In this document: positions 14,513-27,574 of the stretch, piece by piece
Position numbering within the stretch: the stretch's first letter is position 1
How the letters are laid out: the number at the start of each line of letters is the position of its first letter
Source of the DNA: Eledone cirrhosa
Taxonomy: Eukaryota
Length of the DNA: 64,000 nucleotides
Reading direction: 5' to 3'
Assembly: GCA_964016885.1 (NCBI GenBank)
Contig: OZ024743.1
Location: 356,562,001 to 356,626,000, forward strand
Program-made: the position numbers and the translations under genes
The notes under the pieces: generated by a model
Seen by the model: the letters and a program-made list of their open reading frames with translations, nothing else
Told to the model about the DNA's origin: nothing
Databases searched by the model: none

Positions 14513-14707
14513 TAACTGGCCATATCCGGACAGAATTCTCTAAACTCTTTCTTTTCAAACTGGTTGCAACCAGCCACTCATACTGATGTTAAGGTACTTT
14601 TCTCAAAATAAATAATATCAAAATCTCTTAGATTCGATATTATGTGAGATAAAGTCTTTACCACGAAAATACAAAAATATATAGAGAGTAATGTAAATGC
14701 TAAAGGG
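14513..14707. mobile_element. piggyBac-derived MITE, one TIR degenerate
   Basis: Ends TAAATGCTAAAGGG. Body is the reverse complement of the MITEs at 31318 and 46979. Confidence 0.75.
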
Positions 14708-14844
14708 TCAAATAGAGTATTATAAGAAATATTACAAGAAAAAGGAAAGGAGTCAATCATCAGATCAGACAAAAGAAACTGTTTTCATTGGTCTTTTCAT
14801 TGCTAATGCTATCTGTTAGTCACAACTCTTTGCGGAAGGAGATG

Positions 14845-15060
14845 AGATTTGAACTCACAATAAACAAAGACAAATCAGATACCACAAAGCATCCTATCTG
14901 CCTCTTTAACAATTCTACCAATCAACTGTCACTGGACTAGTACTTTATTTATCAACCCTGAAAGGATGAAAGGCAAAGTTGACCTTGGCAGGATTTGAAC
15001 TCAAAGGTCAGAGAGCCAGAACAAATATTGTGACATTTAATCTGATGCACTAACGACATC
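14845..15060 (-). mobile_element. Two degenerate (ATT)n-family SINE fragments
   Basis: GTACTTTATT..AAGGATGAAAGGCAAAGTTGACCTTGGCAGGATTTGAACTC is the reverse complement of the 39-40 kb SINE. Confidence 0.7.
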
Positions 15061-15576
15061 ACTGCTAACAACATCAATAGAAACTACAAGTGGGTTTAAC
15101 TGAAACATTGAGCTAACAAGAGAAAATCGATACTAGTGTATACTAATATGAGTTCTGGGAGATAAAGTGTCTTTTTAAAGGACCCCTTATTCTTTTAATA
15201 AGACATTGAGTTCAAATCCCACCAATCTCAACTTAGTCATCCTTTTCGATCAAAAACTAAAGTACCAGTCCTGAGGCAATGGATGGCAAAATTGAGTCAG
15301 ATGGGGTTCTTTGCAGTATCTGATTCAACTCTCTATATTCTGAGTTCAAATCTTATCTCCTTTTGCCAGAAGTTGCAACTGACATTATCAGCAATGGAAA
15401 AACTGATGGAAACATTGTTTCTTGTTCCGATATGATAAATTGGCGTTTTTCTTTCCATTTCCTAGACTTATAAAAATTTATTGAATAATTATTTTGTTTT
15501 TAATCAATAAATTCAGTCTAAAACACTTCATGTTTAATTTAATATTTTGTTAAAATTAAAGTGTTAAGAATTATCT

Positions 15577-15680
15577 GTAAACCATAGATTCTGCAATTTT
15601 TGGAAAATCGTAAACCATAGTTCTGCAATCTTTGGAAAATCGTATAAGGGTTCTGCAAAAAAATACTTTTCGAACCACTG
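15577..15680. mobile_element. Possible hAT-type transposon terminus with ~32-bp subterminal tandem repeats
   Basis: GTAAACCATAG(A)TTCTGCAAT.TTTGGAAAATC occurs about 2.5 times, then GAACCACTG (CAGTGGTTC end is typical of Charlie-like hATs). Other end not found. Confidence 0.45.
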
Positions 15681-15748
15681 ATCTATGCAGTCACTCAACT
15701 TGCAATAAATAGTAGTTAAATAACGCTCAAATCGCAACAGTGTCTTAA

Positions 15749-18270
15749 CCCTTTAGCATTCAAACTGACAAAAACCCTTTTGCATTCAAACTGACAAAAA
15801 CCGACATTTAATACCACATGGAGATCTCCTTCTAAAAATAAACATTGACATCATCAAAATCTCGTCAATTCGAGGTTACTGCAAGATAAAGCCCTTACGC
15901 GCGAAAATTAACTCTTAGTATAGTTAAAGAACTTGCGATAACACGTGTTTTTAACGTTGAAAGTGTAACATGGCTTCCGAAAGTAGCGACAACGAATTTG
16001 AAGGTTTTACATCCGACGACATTCGAGATCAAAAAGAAACAGAAGATAATATTAGTGATTTATCTTCAAACGAATCAGATATATTTATTTCTGATATATC
16101 TGATGATGATGATAGTTACTTTAAAAGTGAAAGAGAAGATTTGACTGACACCATTGAAAAAACAGCAACGTGGTTGAAAGAAACAACACCAATACATGTT
16201 TCGGATTTTACTGAAAACACACATTACCACCCGATGCTAAAGCACTGGATTATTGTTTTTTATTTTTACCACAAACTTTCTTCGAAGTTGTGGCAGAAGA
16301 GACAAATTGCTATGCCCAACAACAAATTTCTAATCGATCTGTTATGGCATCCGACAGATTCTGCTGAAATGAAAGCGTTTTTTACCATAAATATTATGTT
16401 TGGTATTAAACAATTTCCAAGACTGTGGAATTATTGGAGTACTGATATAAGGTTTGGTGACCCTTATATATCTAGTATTATGACAAAACGAGATTCATCA
16501 AATTAAACCAGTATTTACACCTGGTTGATACTTCAAATGCCCCTGGTAGAAATGAATCAAATTACGACCCACTGTACAAAGTACGACCATTAATTGAAAT
16601 GTTATCGGAAAAATTTAAAAGTGTGTATATACCTGGAAAAAATCTTAGTGTTGATGAAGCTATGATTGGGTATAAGGGTAGGGTTCATTTCAGACAGTAT
16701 ATGCCAGCTAAACCCACCAAATGGGACATCAAAGTGTGGGAACTGTGTGAATCGGACACAAGCTACTGTGTAAACTTTGATGTTTACACAGGAAAAAACA
16801 TAACGGAGAGAGAAAACACGGGTTGGGTTATGATGTTGTGTAGTCGCTGACCCAACCCTTCCACTCTCAACACAGACATATATATTTTGACCGTTTTTTT
16901 CTTCGGTGCTTTTAGCAGAGGATTTTGCCCTTGTAAATACGTACACCTGCGGCACAATAATGAGCAATCGGAAAGGGCTACCCCAAGAAATAAAAGTTGT
17001 GAAACTGAAAAACAGAGGGGACATTCTCCAAATACAAAAAGGGAACATGTTAGCCACAGTGTTCAAAGACAAAAGGCAAATTTTGTTCCTGAGTTCTAAC
17101 CAACAACCAGGTGTTGGGGCTGAGGGTAAACCTTTAGTTAACCTCTCCTACAATAAATATACAGGTTGGGTTGACAAATCTAACCAGTATTGTGCATATT
17201 ACCCAGTTGGACGCCCTGGAAAGAAGTGGTGGAGGTACATCTTGTGTTTTTTAGTGAATTTAACCATTGTGAATTCTTTTATTGTATTTACTAAAAGCCA
17301 CAAGGATTCGCCACCACCAAAGGACTACTGTCATATGAAGTTTCGCGTGGACATTGCATCCCAGCTACGTGGAGGATATACTTCTCGCAAACACAAAGCT
17401 GGGAAAAAAATCAAAATTAACAGTGGTCCACAAAGAAAATATTGATTTTCACAAAGTGGAGAGAATTGATGGTAGGAGGAAGGTTTGCCGATTGTGCTCT
17501 TTGCAAAAGAGAAAAACTGTTAAAGGTTACGCAATCCAAACCCTATTTATGTGTTCCTTTTGCAAAGTGCCATTATGTAAAGGGTGTTTTGGGCAGTATC
17601 ACGATAGAAATATTGTCTGACAATATTGAAAACAATATTTTAAAAATATATTAGCACACATATACAAAAACACCTGCATTCACCTGTGTCACACCTGTAT
17701 CACACCTGTTAATGAACTTATATATTGGCAACATTCTGTTACGTAAATTTACACCGTACATTGTGTAAGAGTACATTGCCAATATTATTTTGACTGGTGA
17801 AAAGGTTTTATACATTTTTTTCAATGAAAATATTTGCCTGGAATGTAGAGAAAGACTAAAACCTTGTACTGATTACACCTGCATTTTTAATTAATTCACC
17901 TGTTCGGAAAACTGCTAGAATTGATGGAAATCAGCATCTAGGCCATTATTGGATTTTTTTGCAACAAATCTAACAGGTAAGGCAGATAAAGTTTAAATTT
18001 TGTGTTTATCCATAAAGTTATTACTTTTACACCTGTTAATTAATTTCACCTGCCCATAAAAGTCAAATTTAACCAAAAAAAATCAGGTAAAAATATATAA
18101 TTGTAAATTATAGTTATTTAAACATCTACTGACAAAATTTCAAGTCTGCACATAGAAAATTAAAGTAATTACAAACAAATAAAATTGATAACCTCCTTGA
18201 GTATAATTAAGTGAAAATAATGCGAATAGATGAACATGACATTTGACAATTCAATGTGAATGCTAAAGGG
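15749..18270 (+). mobile_element. Full-length piggyBac DNA transposon (inactive)
   Basis: TTAA on both sides (15745-48, 18271-74). Perfect 14-bp TIR CCCTTTAGCATTCA/TGAATGCTAAAGGG. Confidence 0.95.
15970..17620 (+). pseudogene. piggyBac (PGBD4-like) transposase, frameshifted
   Basis: Acidic N-terminus, SVDEAMIGYKGR, QYMPAKPTKW, YNKYTGWVDKSNQ, KKWWR, and a C-terminal CRLC..CSFC..LC..CF..YH cysteine-rich domain. Split over several frames. Confidence 0.93.
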
Positions 18271-18274
18271 TTAA

Positions 18275-18416
18275 ACCAGCTGTATCTAGCCACTAATACC
18301 GATATTTAAAATATTGTTTTCAAAATAAATAATGTCAAAATCTACTAGATTCGATATTATGAGAGGTAAAGCCTTTACCATGAAAATATATAAGTATAGA
18401 GTAATGCAAATGAGGG
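18275..18416. mobile_element. Partial piggyBac MITE abutting the autonomous element
   Basis: Matches the MITE body (CAAAATAAATAAT..CAAAATCT..GATTCGATATTA..AAAGCCTTTACCATGAAAAT). Confidence 0.7.
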
Positions 18417-18957
18417 ATCCGCACATTGAATAATAGAAACATGGCTCTAGCACAAAAGCAAAATAGGGTATCATCAGAGCTGAAACACCTTTCCTTATAG
18501 GTCTGTCCAGACAAGACTAGCATGAGGTTGCATAACAAGCTTTTACATCAGAGAGAAGGGTAAGAGATGGTCTTCAGGATGTTAGATGAGACATTTCGAA
18601 GCAGTATTTTCAGCCAAATACCTTTCAGGATGCCAAATCTCACTCATTTTTTAAAAGTAAGCTGCAAAACTAAACGCGAGGCAGGCAATCAATTTTAAAT
18701 ACAAAGCAGGGACAAAGATATCACAAACAAGGAAACACACAAGCACACAGACATACATACATATACGCACATATATGTACACACACACACAAACATACAT
18801 ACATATATACATACACGCACATACACACACATACATATATACACATATATACACATATATATACACACACACATTCATACATACATATACGGACATATAT
18901 ATATACACAAACACATATACACACACATATATATATATATATATATAATACTTATGG

Positions 18958-19118
18958 AAAATTGTGTACAGTGTTAAGGTGAAATACAACTAATCAAAGG
19001 CGCATGTGTAGAACACAGAATGTACAAATGTCAGAAAAGTGAACGAGTCATGATATACACACAGACACACATGCGCATGTATGGGGGGGGGGGGATATCA
19101 GGTATAGTGTTGGCGAAT
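18958..19118 (-). mobile_element. CR1-type LINE 3' UTR, diverged
   Basis: Similar to the reverse complement of 51040-51200. Confidence 0.65.
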
Positions 19119-19210
19119 GTATACAAATATATATACACAAATATACAAAAAATACATATATATATACAAATATACAAAAAAGACATTTATACAAATATAC
19201 ATATGCACAT

Positions 19211-19259
<49 letters not shown>

Positions 19260-19404
19260 TACATAAATATATATATATACGCATACATAAATATATATAT
19301 ATATATATATACGCATACAAATATATGAATATTACATATATGCATATAAATATATATATATATATATATACGCATACAAATATATAAATATTACATATAC
19401 GCAT

Positions 19405-19469
<65 letters not shown>

Positions 19470-19511
19470 TATATATATACAAATATATAAATATTACATA
19501 TACACATACAA

Positions 19512-19563
<52 letters not shown>

Positions 19564-19967
19564 ATATATATACAAATATATATACATATACACATACAAA
19601 TATATATATACATATACACATACAAATACATATATATATACATGTACACATACAAATATATATATATACACATACAAATATATATATATATATACATATA
19701 CACATACAAATATATATATATACACATACAAATATATATATATATATATACATATACACATACAAATATATATATATATATATATACATATACACATACA
19801 AATATATATATATATATATAAATTAATAAAAACAATGAAATAAACACAAAGAACACATTCTTTATATTAAAAAATTCATCATTTTACAATCGTTTCGAAG
19901 ATTTATCTACATATATATATATACACATACAAATATGTATATATATATATATATATACATATACATA

Positions 19968-20149
19968 TCCACTGCAAAGTGGTCGTGGAGGTGCCACGGC
20001 AAAAAGGCAACCAGCACTCACTGTAAATGAGGTTGGTGTTAGGAAGGGCATCCAGCTGTAGAAATCAAACCAGAATCAGTTCCCATCCCACCCTTGCAAA
20101 CAGGGAAAAAGTGGACGTAAAATGAAATGATGATGATGATGATGATGAT
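19968..20149 (+). mobile_element. 5'-truncated CORE-type SINE (3' half)
   Basis: Matches the 3' half of 27965-28313; (GAT)n tail. Confidence 0.85.
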
Positions 20150-20259
20150 ATACACATACAAAAATATATATATATTTGGACTACCAATTCAACTTTTCAA
20201 ATTGAAGTCGATGTTGAAAGGTATGTCGAATCTATCTATTTATAAGACTGTTTATATTG

Positions 20260-20325
20260 TATTTTGTCTGAGGAAGGCATAGCATATTTTTAATATGATA
20301 TCCCTGAAATATATGTAATGAAATA
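20260..20325 (+). ncRNA. Minimal type-I hammerhead ribozyme motif (Penelope-like)
   Basis: Stem I TATTTTGT/ATGAAATA, core CTGAGGA (20268-74), 12/14-bp stem II, GAAA, stem III T-ATAT-G, cleavage triplet GTA, followed by AATAAA. Confidence 0.68.
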
Positions 20326-20784
20326 AATATGGTTTTATAAATATAGTTTCCATTTATTTAATATCGTAAATATACTCCAAATACTTGTTGAGTGCTTTTA
20401 TATCAGTTATAAATATTTACTCGTTGTTAACCCAACAATTTAAAGAAAACTTTGCATATATATATATATATATATACATATACAAATATATATATGTATA
20501 TATATATACATATACACATACAAATATATATATATATATATATATACATATACACATATAAATATATATATATACATATACACATATAAATATATACATA
20601 TACATATATATACATATACACATAAATATATATATATACATATATATATACATATACACATAAATATATATATATACATATACACATATACACACATAAA
20701 TATATACATATACAAATATATATATATATACATTACACATAAATATATATATATATATATTTATACATATACATACACACATAC

Positions 20785-20827
<43 letters not shown>

Positions 20828-20830
<3 letters not shown>

Positions 20831-21030
20831 AAAAGAAACCAAAGAACGCTTACATACTCAAACAGTTTTTATTTGCTTACAATGTTTCAGCCATACCGTT
20901 TGGTAGAAATCCTCAGAGCTTAATAAACACAGTGTTGAATATAAGCTCCACCAAGCTTAGTCACACAATGAAACATTGTAAGCAAATAAAAACTGTTTGA
21001 GTATGTAAGCGTTCTTTGGTTTCTTTTACA
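20828..21030. mobile_element. Penelope-like inverted pseudo-LTR fragment containing a minus-strand hammerhead (20875-20919)
   Basis: Perfect 62-bp inverted arms 20828-20889 and 20969-21030. Minus strand reads GCT-CTGAGGA-...TACCaaacGGTA...-GAAAC-ATT-GTA-AGC-AAATAAA. Confidence 0.65.
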
Positions 21031-21204
21031 TATAATGGCTCTGTTCTCGTACATTGAACTAATACAATACTGTCATAATACAACACGGTCCATGTGTGTT
21101 TATGCACATATGCTCCATGCTATACGTAAATAAATATATATATATACAAATATATATATATATATACATATATACATACAAATATATATATATATATACA
21201 TATA

Positions 21205-21595
21205 CATGGTTTAGTGGTTAGAGCATTGGGCTTGCAATCGAAAGGTTGTAAGTTCAATTCTCAGACCGGGTGATGTGTTGTTTCCGTGAGCAAGACACTT
21301 TATTTCACACTGCTCCAGTTTACTCAGCTGTAGAAATGAGATGATAGGGACTGGGGTCCCTATCATTCCACTGAAAGTGGCCATGGAGGTGCCACAGCAA
21401 AAAGCACCCAGCACTCACTGTAAATGAGGTTGGTGTTAGGAAGGGCATCCAGCTGTAGAAATCAAGCTAAATCAGTTCCTGTATGAGCAACGCATGGTCA
21501 GCCGACCAGACACTGCCCACAACAGGACAACCTGTCTAACCCATGCTAGCGTGGAAGAACGGACGTAAAACGGTGATGATGATGATGATGATGAT
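21205..21595 (+). mobile_element. CORE-type SINE with RTE family-2 tail
   Basis: A/B boxes and CORE-like segment. 3' ~170 bp matches the RTE family-2 UTR; (GAT)n tail. Confidence 0.9.
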
Positions 21596-21643
21596 ACATA
21601 TATACAAATATATATATAGAAATATATATAGAGAGAAATATAG

Positions 21644-21686
<43 letters not shown>

Positions 21687-21803
21687 TAGAAATATATATA
21701 TATGTATATATACAAATATATATATACAAATATACAAATATATATATATATACATATATAGAAATATATATATATGTATATATACAAATATATATATATA
21801 TAT

Positions 21804-21866
21804 ACTCTTTTACTCTTTTACCTGTTTCAGCCATTCGGCTGAGGCCATGCTGGGGCACCGCCCTTG
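21804..21866 (-). mobile_element. 3' stub of another retroposon with (TAAAAGAG)n tail
   Basis: Minus strand GGCGGTGCCCCAGCATGGCC..CAGCC.AA.GGCTG hairpin..GAAAC..TAAAAGAGTAAAAGAGTA; family not identified. Confidence 0.5.
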
Positions 21867-21879
21867 TATATATATACAT

Positions 21880-22372
21880 ATCATCATCATCATCTTCATT
21901 TACCGTCCATCTTCCACGCTAGCATGGGTTAGACGGGAGTTGTCCCACTTCAGGCAAGGTTGGTCCCGTGACCGTGTCTCGTTCATATAGGCAGGTTTTC
22001 TACGGTTGGATACCCTTCCTAACACCAACGACATTTACAGTGTGGACTGGGAACTTTTTACCGTGTTACCTACACGACCACATTACAGCGTGGACTGTGT
22101 GTTTTTTTGTCGTAACACCTACACGATCTCGATCTCATTATGTCATTTATTTGGACTGGATGTTGTGGTACCAACTTTGCAGAGAGAGGGTGGTGGTGTT
22201 GGTGGGAGTGGGAGGATAGGGTAGGGGTAGAGGATTGGAGTCTATATTTGGTTAAGAGGTGCCTACTGACTGTAGGTTTCGCTTTGTACCTATGCAAGGC
22301 GGGTCTTCTGTATTACTGCGTAGCGCCAAAGATATCGGTCCAGTGACATTGTCTTAGAGAGGGGCAAGTGTG
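21880..22372 (-). mobile_element. RTE family-1-like 3' end
   Basis: Encodes [21 protein letters not shown] plus a 3' UTR homologous to 51880-52282. Confidence 0.85.
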
Positions 22373-22445
22373 TATACAAATGTATATATATATATATATG
22401 TATATAGGTATATACAAATGTATATATATATATATATATATATGT

Positions 22446-22555
22446 AGAAGAAGTTTATGAAACGCAAATGCGGGTATAAAGAATTTATTAGGTAACATTT
22501 ATTTGTTACCTAATAAATTCTTTATACCCGCATTTCCATTTCATAAACTTCTTCT
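22446..22555. repeat. ~52-bp inverted repeat with 6-nt loop
   Basis: AGAAGAAGTTTATGAAA...GGTAACA / TGTTACC...TTTCATAAACTTCTTCT with 2 mismatches. Confidence 0.9.
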
Positions 22556-22997
22556 CCATATTTTCTCCGGATTTTAAAACACACTTTATTATACGTTGAG
22601 CAATCTCCGATGTCGGTTGACTCCATCCAATGCAACTACTTAGTAACATTGGAATACAAATTTACTAATTCTATATATATATATGTATAAATATATGTAT
22701 ATACAAATATATATATACATATATACAAATGTATATGTATATGTATATAGGTATATACAAATGTATATATATATATATATGTATAAATATATGTATATAC
22801 AAATATATATATACACATATACAAATGTATATATATATGTATATACATATATACAAGTATAATATATATGTATATACATATATATAAATATATATTTATA
22901 TATACATATCTACAAATATATACAAATATATATATATACATATCTACAAATATATACATATACATATACATGCTTATCTACAAATATATACATATAC

Positions 22998-23043
<46 letters not shown>

Positions 23044-23124
23044 ACAAATATATATATACCTATAAATATATATATATACATATATATATATACCTACAAA
23101 TATATATATATATATACATATATA

Positions 23125-25678
23125 GTCGTACATTATAGAGGAGCAGTGGGAATTCCTGAAAGCAAACCTGCTGATGGCGGCAGACGAAGTCTGTGGCTGG
23201 AGCAGGCCTGTAGGCAGGAGGAGAGTAACATGGTGGTGGAACAGTAAGGTGGAGGGGTCAATTAAGGCCAAAAAGCAGGCTTGGAAAGTATGGCGGGATG
23301 GGGGAAGCAGAGAAGATTATCAAGTGGCCAGGAGGGAAGCTAGGAGACAAGTGTACTCCGCAAGAAGGGAAGCAGAGGAAAGAAAGTTCAAGCAGGTTCT
23401 ACAATGCGAGGACCAAAAACGTGAGGTGTTCAGGATTGCCAGGCAATGCGTCAAGGAAAACCGTGATATTGTCGGGGAGAAGTGTGTACTTAACGATGAT
23501 GGCATACTTGCCATCACCGACACTGATAAGAAGGTAGCTTGGAAGTGTCACTATGAAAGGCTACTAAATGAAGAGAATAAATGGGAGAAAGACAGTCTCC
23601 TCCACATCGACCCAATAGAGGGACCAGCAGTGTTAGTCGAGGGTAGTATAATAAGTAAGGCAATCAAAGATATGAAGACGGGTAAGGCGGCTGGGCCTTC
23701 GGAAATAGTTGCCGAGATGCTGAAGGCATCTGGTACGGTGGGACACACCATGGTCACCCGGATAGTCAACCAAGTCGTACAGAATGGGGTTGTTCCGAAG
23801 GACTGGCGTAGCAGCATCATCGTTAACTGTTATAAGGGTAAAGGAGACGCCCTAGATAGGAGTAACTATAGAGGCATTAAATTAATCGACCAGGTCATGA
23901 AGGTCACGGAAAAAGTAATAGTGCAACTAATTAGAGAGAGAATTGATCTAGATGAAATGCAGTTCGGGTTTGTGTCAGGCAAAAGTACCACAGATGCTCT
24001 TTTCATTGTACGACAACTACAGGAGAAGTACCTAGCTAAAACTAAACCCCTATACTTAGCTTTTGTAGACTTGTAGAAAGCCTTCAACAGAGTCCCCCGT
24101 TCCATTATCTGGTGGGCTCTTAGAAAACTAGGTGTTGACGAATGGCTTGTGAGAGCTATACAAGCCATGTATAAAGAAACAGTCAGCAAGGTTAGAATTA
24201 ACAACGAATATAGTGAAGAGTTTAGCGTAAAAGTTGGCGTCCATCAGGGCTCTGTTCTCAGCCCCCTACTATTTATTATTGCCCTTCAGGCTATAACAGA
24301 GGTGTTCAAGACCGGTTGCCCATGGGAACTCCTATACGCAGATGACCTAACACTCATAGCTGAATCAATGGCCGAGGTAGAGAAGAAATTCCAAACATGG
24401 AAGCACGGCCTAGAATCAAAAGGCCTTAAAATTAACCTGGCTAAGACTAAAGTTCTAGTTTGTAAGAAAGAAAATAAGGCGCCGGTCCCTTCCGGGAAGT
24501 GGCCATGCTCAGTGTGTAGGAAAGGCGTAGGTAGAAACTCAATTTTGTGTCCCAAATGCAAAGTATGGGTGCATAAAAGATGTAGTGGGATCACAGGTAA
24601 GCTAACTAAGAACATAGATTTTACATGTGGCCGGTGCTCTGGTGCAATAAGTAGCAGCAAGTGCCCACAGAATACTAGCTCTTTCAACTGCACAGAGGGT
24701 TCTATAGAAATAGTGGACAGCTTCCGTTACATGGGTGACAAAATCAGCAGTCCGGGAGGGTGTTCTGAAAGTACAGTAGCTAGAGTCAGAACTGGATGGA
24801 AAAAGTTCAGAGAGCTTATACCACTATTAGCCGCTAAAGGGTTCTCCCTAAAAATGAAAGGCAGGTTGTACGATGCCTGCATACGAACAGCAATGTTGCA
24901 TGGCAGTGAGACCTGGGCATTGTGTGCAGAGGATATACGCAGACTAGAGAGAAACGAAGCTTGCATGCTCCGCTGGATGTGTAATAGTAATATACGTGAA
25001 CGGCAAAGCATAAACGAACTAAGGAAAAAATTAGAAATAAGAGGGATCAGATGTTGTTTACTCGAGAGAAGGCTACGTTGGTATGGTCACGTGATGCGCA
25101 TGAAGGATGATAGCTGTATAACAAAGTGCAGGGCAATAAAGATAGATGGTAGCCACGGAATAGGCAGACCCAGAAAAACCTGGGACGAGCTGATAAATTC
25201 CGACCTCACACACTTACACCTCACCAAGACAATGTCACTGGACCGAGACCTTTGGCGGTTCTCAGTAATAGAGAAGACCCGCCTTACCTAAATACAAAGT
25301 AAAACCTACTACAGTCAGTAGGCATCTCTAACAAAATACACCCCCCGTCCCACCACCCCCACCCCATCCACACCGCCCCTTTCAATGTAAAGTTATGTTG
25401 GTGCCACAACATCCAGGCCGAAACAAATGAGATCGTGTAGGTGTCACGTCAAAAAAACACAGTTCACGCTGTAATGTGGCCGTGTAGGCAACACGGTAAA
25501 AACCTCCCGGCCCCACACTGTAAATGTGGTTGGTGTTAGGAAGGGCATCCAGCTGTAGAAAACCCGCCAGATAGTCCTATGCGAGCAAGATAATCACTCT
25601 TGCCTCAAGTGGGAAAACCCCCGTCCAAACCCATGCAAGCGTGGAACACGGACATTAAACGATGATGATGATGATGAT
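23125..25678 (+). mobile_element. Young RTE LINE family-1, 5'-truncated, one in-frame TAG at 24074
   Basis: ORFs 23174-24076 and 24149-25291 are one frame and nearly identical to 10533-12416. 3' UTR and (GAT)6 tail. Confidence 0.96.
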
Positions 25679-25680
25679 AT

Positions 25681-26079
25681 ATCATCATCATCATCATCAT
25701 CATCATCACCGTTTTACGTTCATTCTTCCACGCTAGCATGGGTTAGACGGGTTGTCCTGTTGTGGGCAGTGTCTGGGCGGCTGACCATGCCTTGCACATA
25801 CAGGAACTGATTTTGGCTTGATTTCTACAGCTGGATGCCCTTCCTAACACCAACCTCATTTACAGTGTGGGCTGGGTGCTTTTCTACCGTGGCACCTCCA
25901 CGACCACCTTGCAGTGGGAGGGTGTGGGGGCATATTGTCTATATGCTTCAGCTTGTACCCATGGGAGGTCGGGTACTCTGTATTACTGCGTGACGCCAGA
26001 GGTCACGGTTGTGTGTCATCGCCTTTGAGAGGTGTAATTGGGTAAGGTCGGCTTTTATCACCTCATCCCAGGTCTTCTT
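25681..26079 (-). mobile_element. RTE family-2 3' end, tail-to-tail with the preceding LINE
   Basis: Encodes [43 protein letters not shown]; (GAT)n tail. Confidence 0.88.
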
Positions 26080-27146
<1,067 letters not shown>

Positions 27147-27571
27147 GGTGGCTGCCAACTCATTTTCGAGTACGCCCACTACTTTATATCCATGTAGGAG
27201 AACCCCTAACAATGCGCTGAACGAGTGTGACGTTTTAGTCCAGTGACTTGAAAACTCTGGTACAAACACTACACTTGTGACACACAGTGCTGGGCCCATG
27301 GTACCATGTGACGACAAGTGCAGAGAGATCTCCTGATATAAAGCAATGCCTGTGCCGTGAAGCTTTTATAGTGAGCAAAGGCACTGCACAAAGCCAGTCC
27401 CACTCTCTTAACCAAGATGATATTTACCAAAAAGAAAAACAAGTCAACATTATTGGATACCATCAGAGTTGCAGGTGTTATATCAGAGTTTTCCTTCTCC
27501 TAGAATTTTAGTCCTGCAGGATGTCCAAAGTTACCCTCCTCACCAAGAAACCTTGGTGGGGTCGCCAGTTT
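27147..27571 (-). mobile_element. Non-autonomous RTE derivative, copy 1
   Basis: Homologous to 53458, 61045, 61431 and 62871. Minus strand ends GAGTTGGCAGCCACC followed by (AT/ATGT)n. Confidence 0.8.
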
Positions 27572-27574
27572 ATA

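Noticed and set aside
21205-21270. tRNA gene (and equivalents in other SINE heads)
   Set aside because: A/B boxes are present but the cloverleaf is imperfect and continues into the SINE body.
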